From positions 128,001 to 192,000 of the forward strand of contig CAWHXD010000008.1 of the NCBI GenBank assembly GCA_963833225.1: 64,000 nt of DNA, read 5' to 3'. Under the pieces are notes generated by a model that ran no database searches, had not been told where the DNA came from, and saw only the letters and a program-made list of their open reading frames with translations. Position numbers and translations under genes: made by a program. This stretch comes from an uncultured Chloroflexia bacterium. GTDB lineage: Bacteria > Chloroflexota > Limnocylindria > Limnocylindrales > CSP1-4. Position 1 is the first letter of the stretch, and each line of letters starts with the position of its first letter. Positions 28,802 through 39,819 of this stretch are shown piece by piece.

Positions 28802-30961
28802 ATGACCGATCTGTCCGACTCCGCAGCCGACGGGGCTGCCAACGCCTCCACGTCCGACGGTGAGACGCCCGCCGGCGACCCCGAGCTGGCGGCGCTCGTC
28901 CGGCACGGCGCACCGCCGGGTCACGTCGACGCCTCGCTGGCTGCCCTGGTGAATCCCACCGCGGGCGACTCCACGCCCGAGGCCGGGGAGGATGCCACCG
29001 AGCCCGTGTCCGATGTCACCTTGGCCGCCGCGGAGTCGACCTCGCCCGGTCCCGGCGAGCCGGCCCCCGAGCCCGGCGTCAATTCCGTGCCGGTCCTGCC
29101 CGTCGCGGCCGCCGTCACCGTCGCGGCCGCCGTGACCGACGGCGAGCCCCCGGCACGGCCCCGGCGTCGGCGGTCGCTCGCTCTCCGCTTTGGCATCTCG
29201 TTCGTCCTGGGCGCCATGCTTGCCGTCGGCATCGGCACTGGTGGCCTGTACGCGTGGGGCCGGCAGTACGACGGCCGGGTCCTGCCCGGCGTCCGCGTCG
29301 GCGGCACGGAGCTCGGTGGACTCACCCGCGAGCAGGCGGCGGCGGAAATCGGAAACGCCTATGCGTCGCTCACGAGCGGGCAGATCACGCTCACGGGCCC
29401 GGACGGCCGGACGACGACCATCAGCTACGCGGACATCGGCCGCGGCCCCGACACGTCGGCGCTGCTCGACGCGGCACTCGCGGCAGGGCGCCAAGGTGAG
29501 CCCCTCGCGAACCTCATCGGCGCACCCCAGATCGCGATCCACGGCCTGACCCTCGACACCGCCGTCGCCTATGATCGCGACAAGCTGGCGGCCGCCGTCG
29601 GGACCCTCGCCACGACGATCGACCAGACCCCTGCGGACGCCTCCGTGTCGGCCGACCTGGGCGGGACATTCAGCTTCTCCCCGGCGAAGGACGGTCGCAC
29701 CGTGGACACGGCGGCCCTGCTCACCGCGCTCGACCAGCAGCTCGCGGCGCCCGGCACGCCGGAGTCGATCACGATGGCCGTGCCGGTCGTGTCGTTGGCA
29801 CCCGCCGTCGCCACCGCCACGGCCGAGGCGGCGAAGGCGGCCGCGGATCGAATGGCCGCCGACGTGGTCGTCGCCCGTGGCGAGGACAGTTGGACGATCG
29901 CCGGCGCGAGCCTTGCGCCGCTGATCTCGTTCTCGACCGCTGCCGACGGGAGCATCACCCCGGTCTTTGACGAGTCGGGCCTCGACCCGATCCTCGAGAC
30001 GCTGGCCAAGCAGGTCAACCAGAAGGTGAAGGACGCCGGCCTCAAGCTGGTCAGCGGTCACGTCGTCGCCACCGGCGCCAGCCGCGAGGGGCGCACGCTC
30101 AAGGTTCCCGAGACGAAGGCCGCAATCGTCGGCCAGATCCAGGCCCGCCAGGCCGGCATCACAGCCCAGCCCGTCACGGCGGTCGTCAAGGCCGTCGATC
30201 CCAAGCTGACATCGGCCGACGCCGAGGCCTTCGCCCCCAAGATGAAGGACATCGGCAAGTACAGCGTCTACTACTGGGTCCTCATCAACAACCACTGGGG
30301 CGGCAATATCGAGGCGCCGGCCAAGAAGATCAACGGCACCGTCGTGCCGGCAGGCGCCAAGTTCGATTTCTGGAAGGTCGTCGGCGACCTGCACGATCTG
30401 CCGCGTACGGGCCCGGGCAACGCGATCGAGGACGGGAAGATCACCGTCACCGGCGCGTTCGGTGGCGGTATCTGCACGACGTCCACGACGCTGTTCAACG
30501 CGGCGCTCGATGCCGGCATGGTGCCGCTCGCCCGCCAGAACCACAACGAGTTCATCAACCGGTATCCGCCGGGCCTCGACGCCACCGTGTGGATCGTCGG
30601 CAATACCAAGCAGACCATGAGCTTCAGGAACGACACCAAGTACCCGATCCTGATCACGAGCTACGTCACCAATGCCGGCAGCAAGCGATGGCTCACGTTC
30701 AAGATCTGGAGCGTGCCCAACGGTCGGCAGACCAAGATCACCAACACGGTCATTCGGCCGGGCGAGCGCGCGATCGACACGGTCGTGAAGGATCCGACCA
30801 AACCCGTGGGGTACACGTACCGCAACAACTCCCCGGTGGACGGCGCCAAGGTGTGGGTCACCGTGTCGATCTACGACCACGGCAAGCTCCACTGGACGAA
30901 GCGGTACTACTCGTTCTACCCGGCGGTCGACGGCGTCGTCGTGGTGGGGACCAAGTCCTGA
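28802..30961 (+). CDS. VanW family protein with peptidoglycan-binding (PG_binding_4) repeats
   Basis: TM anchor, PGVRVGGTELGGLT, GGGICTTSTTLFNAAL, RYPPGLDAT, FRNDT. Confidence 0.88.
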   Translation: MTDLSDSAADGAANASTSDGETPAGDPELAALVRHGAPPGHVDASLAALVNPTAGDSTPEAGEDATEPVSDVTLAAAESTSPGPGEPAPEPGVNSVPVLPVAAAVTVAAAVTDGEPPARPRRRRSLALRFGISFVLGAMLAVGIGTGGLYAWGRQYDGRVLPGVRVGGTELGGLTREQAAAEIGNAYASLTSGQITLTGPDGRTTTISYADIGRGPDTSALLDAALAAGRQGEPLANLIGAPQIAIHGLTLDTAVAYDRDKLAAAVGTLATTIDQTPADASVSADLGGTFSFSPAKDGRTVDTAALLTALDQQLAAPGTPESITMAVPVVSLAPAVATATAEAAKAAADRMAADVVVARGEDSWTIAGASLAPLISFSTAADGSITPVFDESGLDPILETLAKQVNQKVKDAGLKLVSGHVVATGASREGRTLKVPETKAAIVGQIQARQAGITAQPVTAVVKAVDPKLTSADAEAFAPKMKDIGKYSVYYWVLINNHWGGNIEAPAKKINGTVVPAGAKFDFWKVVGDLHDLPRTGPGNAIEDGKITVTGAFGGGICTTSTTLFNAALDAGMVPLARQNHNEFINRYPPGLDATVWIVGNTKQTMSFRNDTKYPILITSYVTNAGSKRWLTFKIWSVPNGRQTKITNTVIRPGERAIDTVVKDPTKPVGYTYRNNSPVDGAKVWVTVSIYDHGKLHWTKRYYSFYPAVDGVVVVGTKS

Positions 30962-31155
30962 CGCCGGGCTAGTCTCGCCGTCGCACGACGTTCGTGCGCC
31001 CCCAGCATGGGTCCGAGGCCACGACGGACACGGCCCTCCAGCCGGTGACCTCCCGGTGACCTGATGGAGCGCCCGGCTCCCGATGCATCGCGTCTCTCGG
31101 CGCTTCGCGTCGCGCGGCGGCGCGAGTGGAGCGAGGTCTGCTAGCGTGCTTCGCG

Positions 31156-32413
31156 ATGCCCATCCAGGATCCGCCGCCGTCCTACCGCGCGCTGCTCGAG
31201 ATCCCCGCCATGGGCCGGATCCTGCTGGGCATGGCCCTCAGCCGGATCGGCGGCAGCATGCTGGGGGTCGCGATCGTGCTGTTCGCGCTCGAGCGGTTCG
31301 GCTCCCCAACCCTGGCCGGGATCGTGACGTTCACCAGCGTGGCTCCCGGGCTGCTGCTCAGCCCCATCGTGGGGGCGCTGCTCGATCGACACGGCCGCAC
31401 GAGACTGATCATCCTGGACCAGGCCGTCGGCGCGTCGGCGCTGATCCTCGTCGCGGCGCTCACTGTCACGGGCGCGCTCAACCCGCTCCTGCTGGTCCTG
31501 GTCACGACGGTGGCAGGGCTCACGGCGCCGCTCTCCAGCGTCGGGCTGCGGACCCTGTTCCCGATCATCGTGCCCAGGCGGCTGTGGGAGCGGGCGAATG
31601 CCGTCGATTCCAACGGCTACGTCGTCGCCACGCTGATCGGCCCCCCGGCAGCGGGTCTCCTGGTCCAGGTCGCCGGTGGAGCGACGACGCTGCTGGTGAT
31701 CGCCGCGCTGTTCGGGCTGGCGGCGGTGGTGTTCGTCAACGTCCCGGACCCGCAGACGGATCACGTCTCGACCGGACGGCTGGTCCAGGACGCCTGGCTC
31801 GGGCTGGTGTACACGCTCCGCAATCCGACCCTGCGCGCCCTCGGAGCGTCGATCGCGGTCCTCAACCTCGGCTGGGGCATCGTGACGATCGTGCTGCCCG
31901 TCCTGATCCTCCAGCAGTTCAAGCTGGGCGAGGCGGTCGTGGGCGGGGTGTTCGCCGTGTCCGGGCTGGCAGGCGGGATCGGCGCCCTGGCCGCCGGCCG
32001 CTGGCGGTCACAGGGACGGGAGCGCCGGATGCTCGATCTGGCCGATGGCGGGCACGACGGTCGCCGCTCTCGTGCTGGTCCTCTCCCCCACCCTGCCGGT
32101 GCTCGTCATCGTGATGGCGGTGGTGGGATTCCTCAACGGCCCGCTGGACGTCGCGATGTTCACGCTCCGCCAGCGTCGCACCGACCAGGCCTGGATGGGT
32201 CGGGCCTTCGCCGTGTCGATGGCGCTCAACTTCAGCGGCTACCCGTTCGGCGCGGCCATCGGCGGGGCGCTGGTGGGCCTGGGCGTGGGCATCCCGCTCG
32301 CCGCCGCGGCCGCGTTCACCGCGCTGGCCGCCGTGCTGGCGGCGGTGCTCCTGCCTCGCGACGACCCGCCCGGGTCCACGGCCCCGCTGGTCGCGCCCTC
32401 GGAGGCGCCGTAG
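31156..32413 (+). CDS. MFS transporter (frameshift near 32040)
   Basis: GALLDRHGRTR motif A; LRQRRTD..WMGRAF in a second frame. Confidence 0.82.
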
Positions 32414-32464
32414 CGCGTACCGACGCCGCTGAACGCGCCATCCGCTGCCCGGGCCGCCTGGCGA

Positions 32465-32604
32465 ATGCGCCAGATATCACCCCAGCCTGCTGCAGCGACG
32501 GTCGATGTGCCGGGATGCGCACGTTGCATCACCCCTGGTCGATATTGCGGGCAGCGGGGGCCGTCCGCGGTTGGTGCAGCGCCGGTGGGTGATATCTGGT
32601 GCAT
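32465..32604. repeat. 140-bp element bounded by 18-bp inverted repeats (MITE/REP-like)
   Basis: ATGCGCCAGATATCACCC ... GGGTGATATCTGGTGCAT, 17/18 match. Confidence 0.6.
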
Positions 32605-32755
32605 CGGGCACGCGCGCCGCCGGGTGCGGGCCGGCGCCGTCGGGTGGGGGCCGCTGGCGGGAGCCGGCGCCGCCGGGTGGGTGCCGCCGCGGCCGGGTGA
32701 GAGCCGGCGCCGGCCGGGTGAGAGCCGAAGCCCCGGCTCCCTCCGCCAACGTCCC

Positions 32756-33097
32756 TTAGCGGGGGCTGATCCCGATGAACGTGCCGCCGGAATCGCGGAT
32801 CAACCGCCTGACCTCGATCACGCTCGTCGTGTCGATCGGGCCGTAGACGTGCGGGTAGATCCCGGCAGGGTCGTCGAACCGCCACGGGCTCCCGGTCGCG
32901 TCGAGGTCGATGGTCAGCAGCAGGAACGATCGCGGATCCTCGCGGTAGAACCGGTTGGCCACCGCGACCATCGCCTCGTCACCGTCGGTGCAGTGCACGA
33001 ACCCGTCGTCGCGGTACCCGGCCGGGAGGTACGCGACGGCCGGATCGTGCGCCTCCCAGGTCGCCTCCGGGACCAGGTGCAGGGTCGGCCGGGTCAC
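32756..33097 (-). CDS. DUF952 domain protein
   Basis: DGFVHCT, VANRFY, YPHVYGPI. Confidence 0.88.
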   Translation of the reverse strand: MTRPTLHLVPEATWEAHDPAVAYLPAGYRDDGFVHCTDGDEAMVAVANRFYREDPRSFLLLTIDLDATGSPWRFDDPAGIYPHVYGPIDTTSVIEVRRLIRDSGGTFIGISPR

Positions 33098-35227
33098 GCG
33101 GGCGCCAGCTCCGCAAAGGCGGGCTCATCGACGCTCACCCATCGCCGGTCCAGCGCGAGCTGGATCACGGTGGGTCCGGAGGCGGCAAGCGCCGTTCGAA
33201 GCACCCCCTCGAACGCGGCATCGCTCTCCACCCTCACCCCGCGGGCACCACAGGCACGCGCCGCGGCGGCGAAGTCCAGCGGGCCCAGGTCCGTCCCGGG
33301 TGAGCTCGGGGCTCCCCTGCCGGTCCTGGTGGGCCCGGATCATGCCGTAGCGCTCGTTGTCGAACACGATGGCGACGACGTGGGCTTCCTCGCGGACCGC
33401 CGTCTCGACCTCGGCCAGGGTCATGCCCATGCCACCGTCGCCGAGCACGGCGACCACCCGGCGCTCGCGGTGGACGAGCGCGGCCGCGAGGGCGGCTGGA
33501 AAGCCGTAGCCCATCGCGCCCGACGTGGGACCGAGGAACGTGCCCGGCCGCCTGAACCGGAAGCCGCGAGCCGCCCACCCGCCGAACGCGCCCGCGTCAG
33601 TGGTCAGGATGGCGTCGTCGGGGAGCAGCCGGCGCAGATCGGCGATGATCTTGCCGGGGTGGACGCCGGGTCCGGTCCAGGTCCCCTCGTCGACGGCGGT
33701 TGCCGCCTCCCATGCGGTGCGGTCGGCCGTGTTGTGCGCATCGCGGACCGCGAGGGGTGCCGCCAGCAGGACCGCTTCCTTGAGACGCGCGTTGGCCGCC
33801 CGAAGGAAGGCGCGGGCATCGGCGCGCACGGCCAGCTCCGGAGCCGCCGCGAAGCCCACGGGCGCGGTCCGCGGCTCGACGTCCACGTGCATCCAGCGCT
33901 GGCCCATGGCCGGGACCCGGTAGTCGAACGTCGTCGGCTGGTTGAGGCGCGAGCCGAGGACGAGCAGCGCGTCCGCCTGCTCGATCCGCTCGCGCACGAC
34001 GCGGGGGCTGCCGAAGCCGGCCATCCCGAGGAACAGCGGGTGATCGTTGGGGATGACGTCGCCGCGCCGCCAGCTCGCGATCACCGGCACGTGGAGGAGC
34101 TCGGCAAAGCGCACCAGATCGTTTGAGCATCGGGCCCGCAGGACACCCGCCCCGGCAAGGATCAGCGGACGCTCGGCGGAGGCGAGGAAGTTGAGCACGG
34201 CGCGCACGTCCGTGACGGTCGGCGCCTCGGGATGCGGGCGCACGACCGGGACGAGCGTGCCTTCGGGGAGCTGCTGCTCCTGGACATCCTCCGGGATCGC
34301 GAGGACAACGGGGCCGGGCCGGCCTTCAACGGTGGCTCGAACGGCACTCTCGAGCATGGCCGCTGCCGTGGCCGGGTCGTCGATCGAGCCGGCCCACGTG
34401 GCAAGCCCGCCAACCGTGCCGACCAGGTCGACCTCCTGGAACGCCTCGCGTCCGACCAGACCGCGATCGACGTCGCCGAGGATGACGAACATCGGCGTCG
34501 AGTCGGCGGTGGCCGTATGGATGCCGATGGCCAGGTTCGCCGCGCCCACGGCACGGGTGCCAAGGCACACGGCAGGCCGGCCGGTGAGCTGGCCATAGGC
34601 TTCCGCGGCGAACGCGGCGCCGCCCTCGTGGCGCGTGGCGACGATCCGGATCCCCACGGCGGCCAGCGCGTCGAGGATGGCGAGGAAGCTCTCGCCGGCA
34701 ACCGTGAACGCGACGCGGACGCCCGCCGCGCGCAGGGTGGCGGCGACGAGCTCGGCGACCGTGGTCGGCTCCACGGGCGCGGTCGAGACGGGCTCTAGCT
34801 CGGGGGTCTCGGGTTCCGTGGTCTCGGCGGTGATCGGCGCTGCGGCAGGCTCCGGATCGGGAGCTGCCGTCGTCGTGGGCTCGGCCTCCGTCGGCTCGGC
34901 CTCCTCGGGCTCTGTCGCAGGGAGCTCGGCCTCCGCGGGCTCTGATGCCTCCGGCTCCGTTTCCGTGGCCGGCTCTGGCGCCGGTTCGGCAACTTCCGGA
35001 TCGGCTTCGGGTTCGGCGACTTCCGGATCGGCTTCGGGCTCGGCCTCCGGCTCGCCCGCTTCGGGATCGGCCACTTCGGGGTCCGGATCCGCCGCCCCGG
35101 GCGCGGCGTCGGGTCCCGTCAGCACCGCCGCGTCGACGTCGACCCCCACCGGTTCGACCTTCTCGTCGTCGGCGGCCTGCGGCCCGGCGGCCGGCTCGTC
35201 AGTGGCTTCAGGGCGAAACGGTTCCAT
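33094..35227 (-). CDS. Thiamine pyrophosphate-binding enzyme (acetolactate synthase-like), frameshift near 33300, with acidic N-terminal extension
   Basis: GESFL, TRHEGGAAF, EAFQEVD, SGAMGYG, GDGG...N TPP motif. Confidence 0.85.
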
Positions 35228-35310
35228 CGGAGACCTCCTCTCCGGCCTGACGGCGGTCCGTCCGGGGCCGGTGCCTGCGAAGTGGATCTGGGGACGCGAC
35301 GGGGGGTTGA

Positions 35311-35421
35311 TCAGGTCGGGGCGACGACCAGGCTCGCGGCCACCATCCCGAACACCATCCCGGTGATGATGACGACCGTGAGGATGATCATGATGGTGCG
35401 GCCGGCACGGGATCCCGGCAT
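35311..35421 (-). CDS. 36-aa single-TM small protein, not in the ORF track
   Basis: GGAGG SD, then MPGSRAGRTIMIILTVVIITGMVFGMVAASLVVAPT*. Confidence 0.65.
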   Translation of the reverse strand: MPGSRAGRTIMIILTVVIITGMVFGMVAASLVVAPT

Positions 35422-35430
35422 GCCAACCTC

Positions 35431-35922
35431 CTAGCGGTAGTTCTCGAACTGGAGCGGGACCGTCTCGTCGAGCTGCCGGAGACGACCGATCACCTTCTGG
35501 AGCTCATCCCGGCTCTTGCCGACCACCCGGATCGCGTCGCCCTGGACCCGGGGCTGGACCTTGGGGAACTCGTCGCGGATCAGCTTCACGAGCTTGCGGG
35601 CCAGGTCGTCCGGGAGCCCGCGCCGCAGGGTGATCTCCTGGCGCACCTTGTTGCCGCCAGCGGGGAGGACCTCGCCCCAGTCGAAGATCTTGAGCGACAG
35701 GCCGCGCCGCACGGCCTTGGACTCGATGAGGTCGTGGACGGCCCCCGCGCGCATCTCGCTGTCGGTCACCAGCACCAGGCGCGTCTTCTCCTGCGTGAGG
35801 TCGACGTGGGCGCCCTTGAAGTCGTAGCGCTGCTGGACCTCGCGACGGACCTGGTCGAGCGCGTTCCGGAGCTCCTGCTCATCGAAGTCCGACACGACGT
35901 CGAACGATTCTCCGCCCGCCAT
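35431..35922 (-). CDS. yajQ: YajQ family nucleotide/c-di-GMP-binding protein
   Basis: SFDVVS, RYDFKG, QGDAIRVVGKSRDELQ, PLQFENYR. Confidence 0.95.
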   Translation of the reverse strand: MAGGESFDVVSDFDEQELRNALDQVRREVQQRYDFKGAHVDLTQEKTRLVLVTDSEMRAGAVHDLIESKAVRRGLSLKIFDWGEVLPAGGNKVRQEITLRRGLPDDLARKLVKLIRDEFPKVQPRVQGDAIRVVGKSRDELQKVIGRLRQLDETVPLQFENYR

Positions 35923-35934
35923 CGGCGCTCCTTC

Positions 35935-36321
35935 CTAGCCCGCGAGGTGCTCGCGGGTCACTGCCCATTGCCTGAGGCGCACGATGCGCCCGTCCTCTCC
36001 GACCTCGGCGGAGAGAAACCCAGCCTGCCGGACCTTCGCCTCGTCGCGGCGCCGGTTCCAGCTGGCATGCCACGCGGCGAGGACCATGTTGCCCGACACC
36101 CAGTGCCGTTCGATCGCCAGATCGTAGTACCGCTCGGACTCGGCCGCGTCGTTCAAGTATGCCCGGAGCGCGTTGTGGCCTGCCAGCGGTGGTGTGAAGG
36201 GGTCCAGCGAGACCTCGGCCGTCTCGGCGAAGCGGTCCGTGAACGCGTCCCCGTCGTAGGCCGTCCGGGCGTGGGACAGGGCGGCCAGCAGGTCGTGGGC
36301 CTGGGGGTAGGTGATGTCCAT
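35935..36321 (-). CDS. NTF2/SnoaL-like protein
   Basis: MDITYPQA...FAETA...DPF.PPLAG..ALRAY...GRIVRLRQW. Confidence 0.7.
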   Translation of the reverse strand: MDITYPQAHDLLAALSHARTAYDGDAFTDRFAETAEVSLDPFTPPLAGHNALRAYLNDAAESERYYDLAIERHWVSGNMVLAAWHASWNRRRDEAKVRQAGFLSAEVGEDGRIVRLRQWAVTREHLAG

Positions 36322-37894
36322 CAGGCCTCCAGCTGGTCCAGCAGGAGCTCGCCGATCCGGTAGCGAGCGGCCGCCGCCCATGACCAGCACCACGTCACCG
36401 GCACCGACCCTCGTCGCCAGCCAGGCGGCCGTCTCCTCGACGGATCCTGGGGCCTCGACGGGCTTGCCGGGTGCCAGCTCCGCGATCAGGCGGGCGAGCG
36501 CCCCCGACGAGGTGATCGTGGTGTCCGGATCTCGACCGGCCCAGATATCGGCGATGGCCACGGCATCCGCCGCGGCCAGCACCTCGGCGAAGGCGTCGAG
36601 CATCGCCGCGGTGCGGTGATAGGTCAGCGGCTCGTAGACGGCCCACACGCGACGCCCGGGCTCGCGCTGACGGACGGCCGCCAGCGTCTCTCGAATGGCG
36701 GTGGGATGGTGGCCGTAGTCGTCGTAGACGACGACCCCGCGCGCCTCTCCCTTGCGCTCGAGCCGCCTTCCGACCCCCGCGAACGAGGCGATCCCCGGAG
36801 CCAGGACGTCCGGCCGGACGCCCGCGGCAATCCCCGCCCCGAGCACCCCGAGGGCGTTGGAGGCGTTGTGGCGGCCGGCGGTCGCGAGCTGGATCGATGC
36901 CCAGGCTGACATCGCCGGGTGCTGTCGCGACCTCGAGCGCCGTCCCATCGGGTCCGGCGGCGGCGATCCGTCCGACGATGCCCACCGTGGCGGGCCAGTG
37001 GGTGCGGAACCCGTCGGCGGCGGCGCGGGCATCGAGCGGCTCCCCGTCCCCGATCAGCTTCGTGGCGACGAGACGGCCCTGCCAATCCCAAAGCCGCCCG
37101 ACCAGCGTGGCCACCCCCGCGTCGCCGACGTTCGCCACGAGCACGGGGGGTGCCTCGGAGGGTCCCCGGTCCGCGGCCGCCCGCCGGACCCAGGCCTCGA
37201 ACGCATCGAGCACCGCGTCGCGGTCCGCGAACACGTCTGGGTGGTCCCACTCGACCGTGGTCAGGACGATCACGTCGGGCCGGTACGGGTCGAAGTTGCC
37301 CGCGTACTCGTCGGCCTCGACGACGAACGGCCGCCCGGCTCCCCGCCGGGCGGTTGCCGGCACGCCGATCCCGGTCAGGCTTGCCGGCAGGAGCGCGCCG
37401 ACGAACGCTCCAGGGTCGGTGCCGGCGGCCGCGAGCGCATGGACCAGCCAGCCGGCCGTGGTGCTCTTGCCGTGAGTCCCCGCGACGGCGATCAGGCGAC
37501 GTCCCGACGCGGCGTCCGCGACGACCTGCTGCCAGGGTTCCAGCGGGATGCCCGCCGCCCGGGCCGCCGCCAGCTCCGCGTTGTCCGGGTCGATCGCGGT
37601 GAGGGCCTTGGTCACGGCGAGCCGGTCAGGCGCGGGTCCTCCGGTGATGTGGGCGGCATCGTGCGCCCCCGCGACCACCACCCCCGCGGCGTCGAGCGCC
37701 TGCGAGTAGGGCGACGGTCCCCCCGGGTCGCACCCGTCCACGTCCGCGCCGGCCCAGGCGGCCAGCAGGGCGGCGGCTGAGGCGCCCGCCCCGTGCGCCC
37801 CGACCACATGGATCCGCTCGCCGGGCCGGATCGGCCGCGCGAGCCGCGCCGCGGCGAGCCCGGCCCCGATCTCCGCGGCCCCGCGAACGCTCAC
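36321..37894 (-). CDS. murC: UDP-N-acetylmuramate--L-alanine ligase (MurC/Mpl-like), frameshifted
   Basis: AVAGTHGKSTT, VVEADEY, DHPD, GVGRRLE, DDYGHHPTAI, MGGG. Confidence 0.8.
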
Positions 37895-38394
37895 GCGGGC
37901 GCGTCGCGCAAGCCGAGCTCGGTGAGCATCGTCATGGCCGCCTCGGCGCTCGCGAGCTTGTTCTGCGTCCGGTCACCGGACCACTGGAACCGCCGGACCT
38001 CGGGCGGGGCGCCGCCGCCGCCGGCCACCGCCACGTACACGAGCCCCACGGGCTTGGACGCGGTCCCTCCGTCGGGACCGGCCACGCCCGTCACCGAGAC
38101 ACCCAGATCCGTCCCGAGCCGCGCCCGGACCCCCTCGGCCATCGCGATCGCCACCTGGGCCGACACGGCCCCGTGAGCGGCGAGCACCTCCCGGGGCACG
38201 CCGAGCTGCGCCACCTTGACGGCGTCCGCGTAGGCGATCACCCCGCCACGGAAGTAGCCCGATGACCCCGGAACCTCGGTGAGCAGGTGCGCCACCAGCC
38301 CGCCGGTGCACGACTCGGCCGTGGCGACGGTCAGGCCGGCCGCCAGGCAGGCGGCCTGGAGGCGAGCAGCGAGCGCTTCGAGCTCCTCGGCCAC
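37891..38394 (-). CDS. cinA: CinA C-terminal domain / NMN amidohydrolase (PncC)
   Basis: ATAESCTGG, PGSS.YF, GAVS, TGVAGPDGG, KPVGLV. Confidence 0.88.
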   Translation of the reverse strand: MAEELEALAARLQAACLAAGLTVATAESCTGGLVAHLLTEVPGSSGYFRGGVIAYADAVKVAQLGVPREVLAAHGAVSAQVAIAMAEGVRARLGTDLGVSVTGVAGPDGGTASKPVGLVYVAVAGGGGAPPEVRRFQWSGDRTQNKLASAEAAMTMLTELGLRDAPA

Positions 38395-38397
38395 CGG

Positions 38398-39819
38398 CTA
38401 TGTCCGGTTGGTCTTGACCGGCGGATCGGGCGGCGCGAACAGCCAGGTCTCCGGGTTGCCCAGCTTGGACATGTGTCCCAGGTCCTCCCCGTTGAGGGTG
38501 AAGTACGTCGCGCTGGACTTGCCCGTGCGCACCTCGATGGACTGCTGCGCGGTGAACGTCAGCACCTTGCCCGGGCTGTAGACGGTGCCCGCGGCACCCG
38601 TCACCTTGGACAGCTTGCCATCCACCCAGACCTTGAGCCACGCCGTGGAGCCCTTGACCGTGATCACGAGGTTCACGCCCTTGTAGACGATCGTGACGTT
38701 GCGCGTCAGCGTGGTGGCCTTGCCCTCCTGCGAGGTGGCGGTCACCACGATCGTCCAGGCCCCGGCCGAGAGATCGAGCGGCGTGTCGAACGAGCCGTCC
38801 TCGCCCACCTCGACCGTCACCGGACCCACGGTGGGACCAGCCGGGATCACTGGCGCCGGCGAGCCCGAATCCGGCGCGGCGGTCGGCGTGTCTGCGGGGG
38901 CTGCGGGCGTCGCGACCGGCTTCCCGTCGGCGTCCGCGGTCTGCACCGCCCCGATCGCGACCGACACGGCGTTCGATGTCGTCCCTCGCACCGGGATGGC
39001 GCCGTTCTCGAACTTGGAGCCCTCGGCCGGCGAGTCGAGGTTGAGCGTGGGCGCCTCGATCACGAGGAAGGGCACGGTGATGAACACCCGCTCGGAGTTC
39101 TCGGACGCCTTGCCGGTCTCCGGGTCCAGCGCGCTGATGTCGAACTGGTTGCGTCCGCGGCGAAGCTCGACATCGGCGGTCCAGCGCCCATTGTCGTCCG
39201 CCGTCACCCGGTATGGCTGCTCGCGCCCGGCAGCGTCGACCGTGATCGTCGCCCCCGCGATCGAGGTCCCGCGCAGGGAGTACGTCGTCGTGTCCTCGGG
39301 GACCTCGATCACCGCCTGGGGCGGATTGGTCAGAGCGAGCGTCGGCGGCTTGGCAAACCGGACGAGCTGGATCCCGATGTACACGGCGAACACCGCGATC
39401 AGGATCGTGAGCAGCGCGGCCACGATGATCACCGGGGAGAACGTCAGGCCCTGCCGCGGCGCGGCCAGCGGCTTGGGCACCGACAGGGCGGGCTCTGCCG
39501 CCACCTGGGTATCGCCGCGCTCCCGGCGCCACTGGCGGATCACGTCCTCCGGGTCCAGGCCCAGATACAGCGCGTAGTTGCGCAGGAAGCCCTTGGTGTA
39601 GACGGCACCCGGCAGCTCGGCATACTCGCCGTGCTCGAGGGCCGCGAGATAGCGGGCGCGGATCTTGGTGTCGCGCTCGGCGCGGTAGAGGTCGACCCCC
39701 TTGCGCTCGCGAGCGGCCAGCAGCCGTTCCGGAAGGAGCGGGCCGGCCTCCTGGGCGTACGCGCGGTCCCCATCTCGCGCATCGGCGCGGGCCCGGCGCA
39801 GTCGGTCTCGCGTCGTCAT
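38398..39819 (-). CDS. rodZ: RodZ-like protein (HTH_25, TM, Ig-like domains, DUF4115)
   Basis: TKIRARYLAALE...LPGAVYTKGFLRNYA; WLKVWVDG; own ATG overlapping the ftsK stop. Confidence 0.8.
   Translation of the reverse strand: MTTRDRLRRARADARDGDRAYAQEAGPLLPERLLAARERKGVDLYRAERDTKIRARYLAALEHGEYAELPGAVYTKGFLRNYALYLGLDPEDVIRQWRRERGDTQVAAEPALSVPKPLAAPRQGLTFSPVIIVAALLTILIAVFAVYIGIQLVRFAKPPTLALTNPPQAVIEVPEDTTTYSLRGTSIAGATITVDAAGREQPYRVTADDNGRWTADVELRRGRNQFDISALDPETGKASENSERVFITVPFLVIEAPTLNLDSPAEGSKFENGAIPVRGTTSNAVSVAIGAVQTADADGKPVATPAAPADTPTAAPDSGSPAPVIPAGPTVGPVTVEVGEDGSFDTPLDLSAGAWTIVVTATSQEGKATTLTRNVTIVYKGVNLVITVKGSTAWLKVWVDGKLSKVTGAAGTVYSPGKVLTFTAQQSIEVRTGKSSATYFTLNGEDLGHMSKLGNPETWLFAPPDPPVKTNRT

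Noticed and set aside
28802-30961. VanW as evidence of a vancomycin-resistance cluster
   Set aside because: No vanHAX or vanRS genes nearby; VanW/PG-binding proteins are common cell-wall proteins.
35935-37032. Apparent MurC C-terminus fused to an NTF2-like domain
   Set aside because: Caused by a frameshift near 36360; murC ends at a TGA overlapping the NTF2 gene's ATG.
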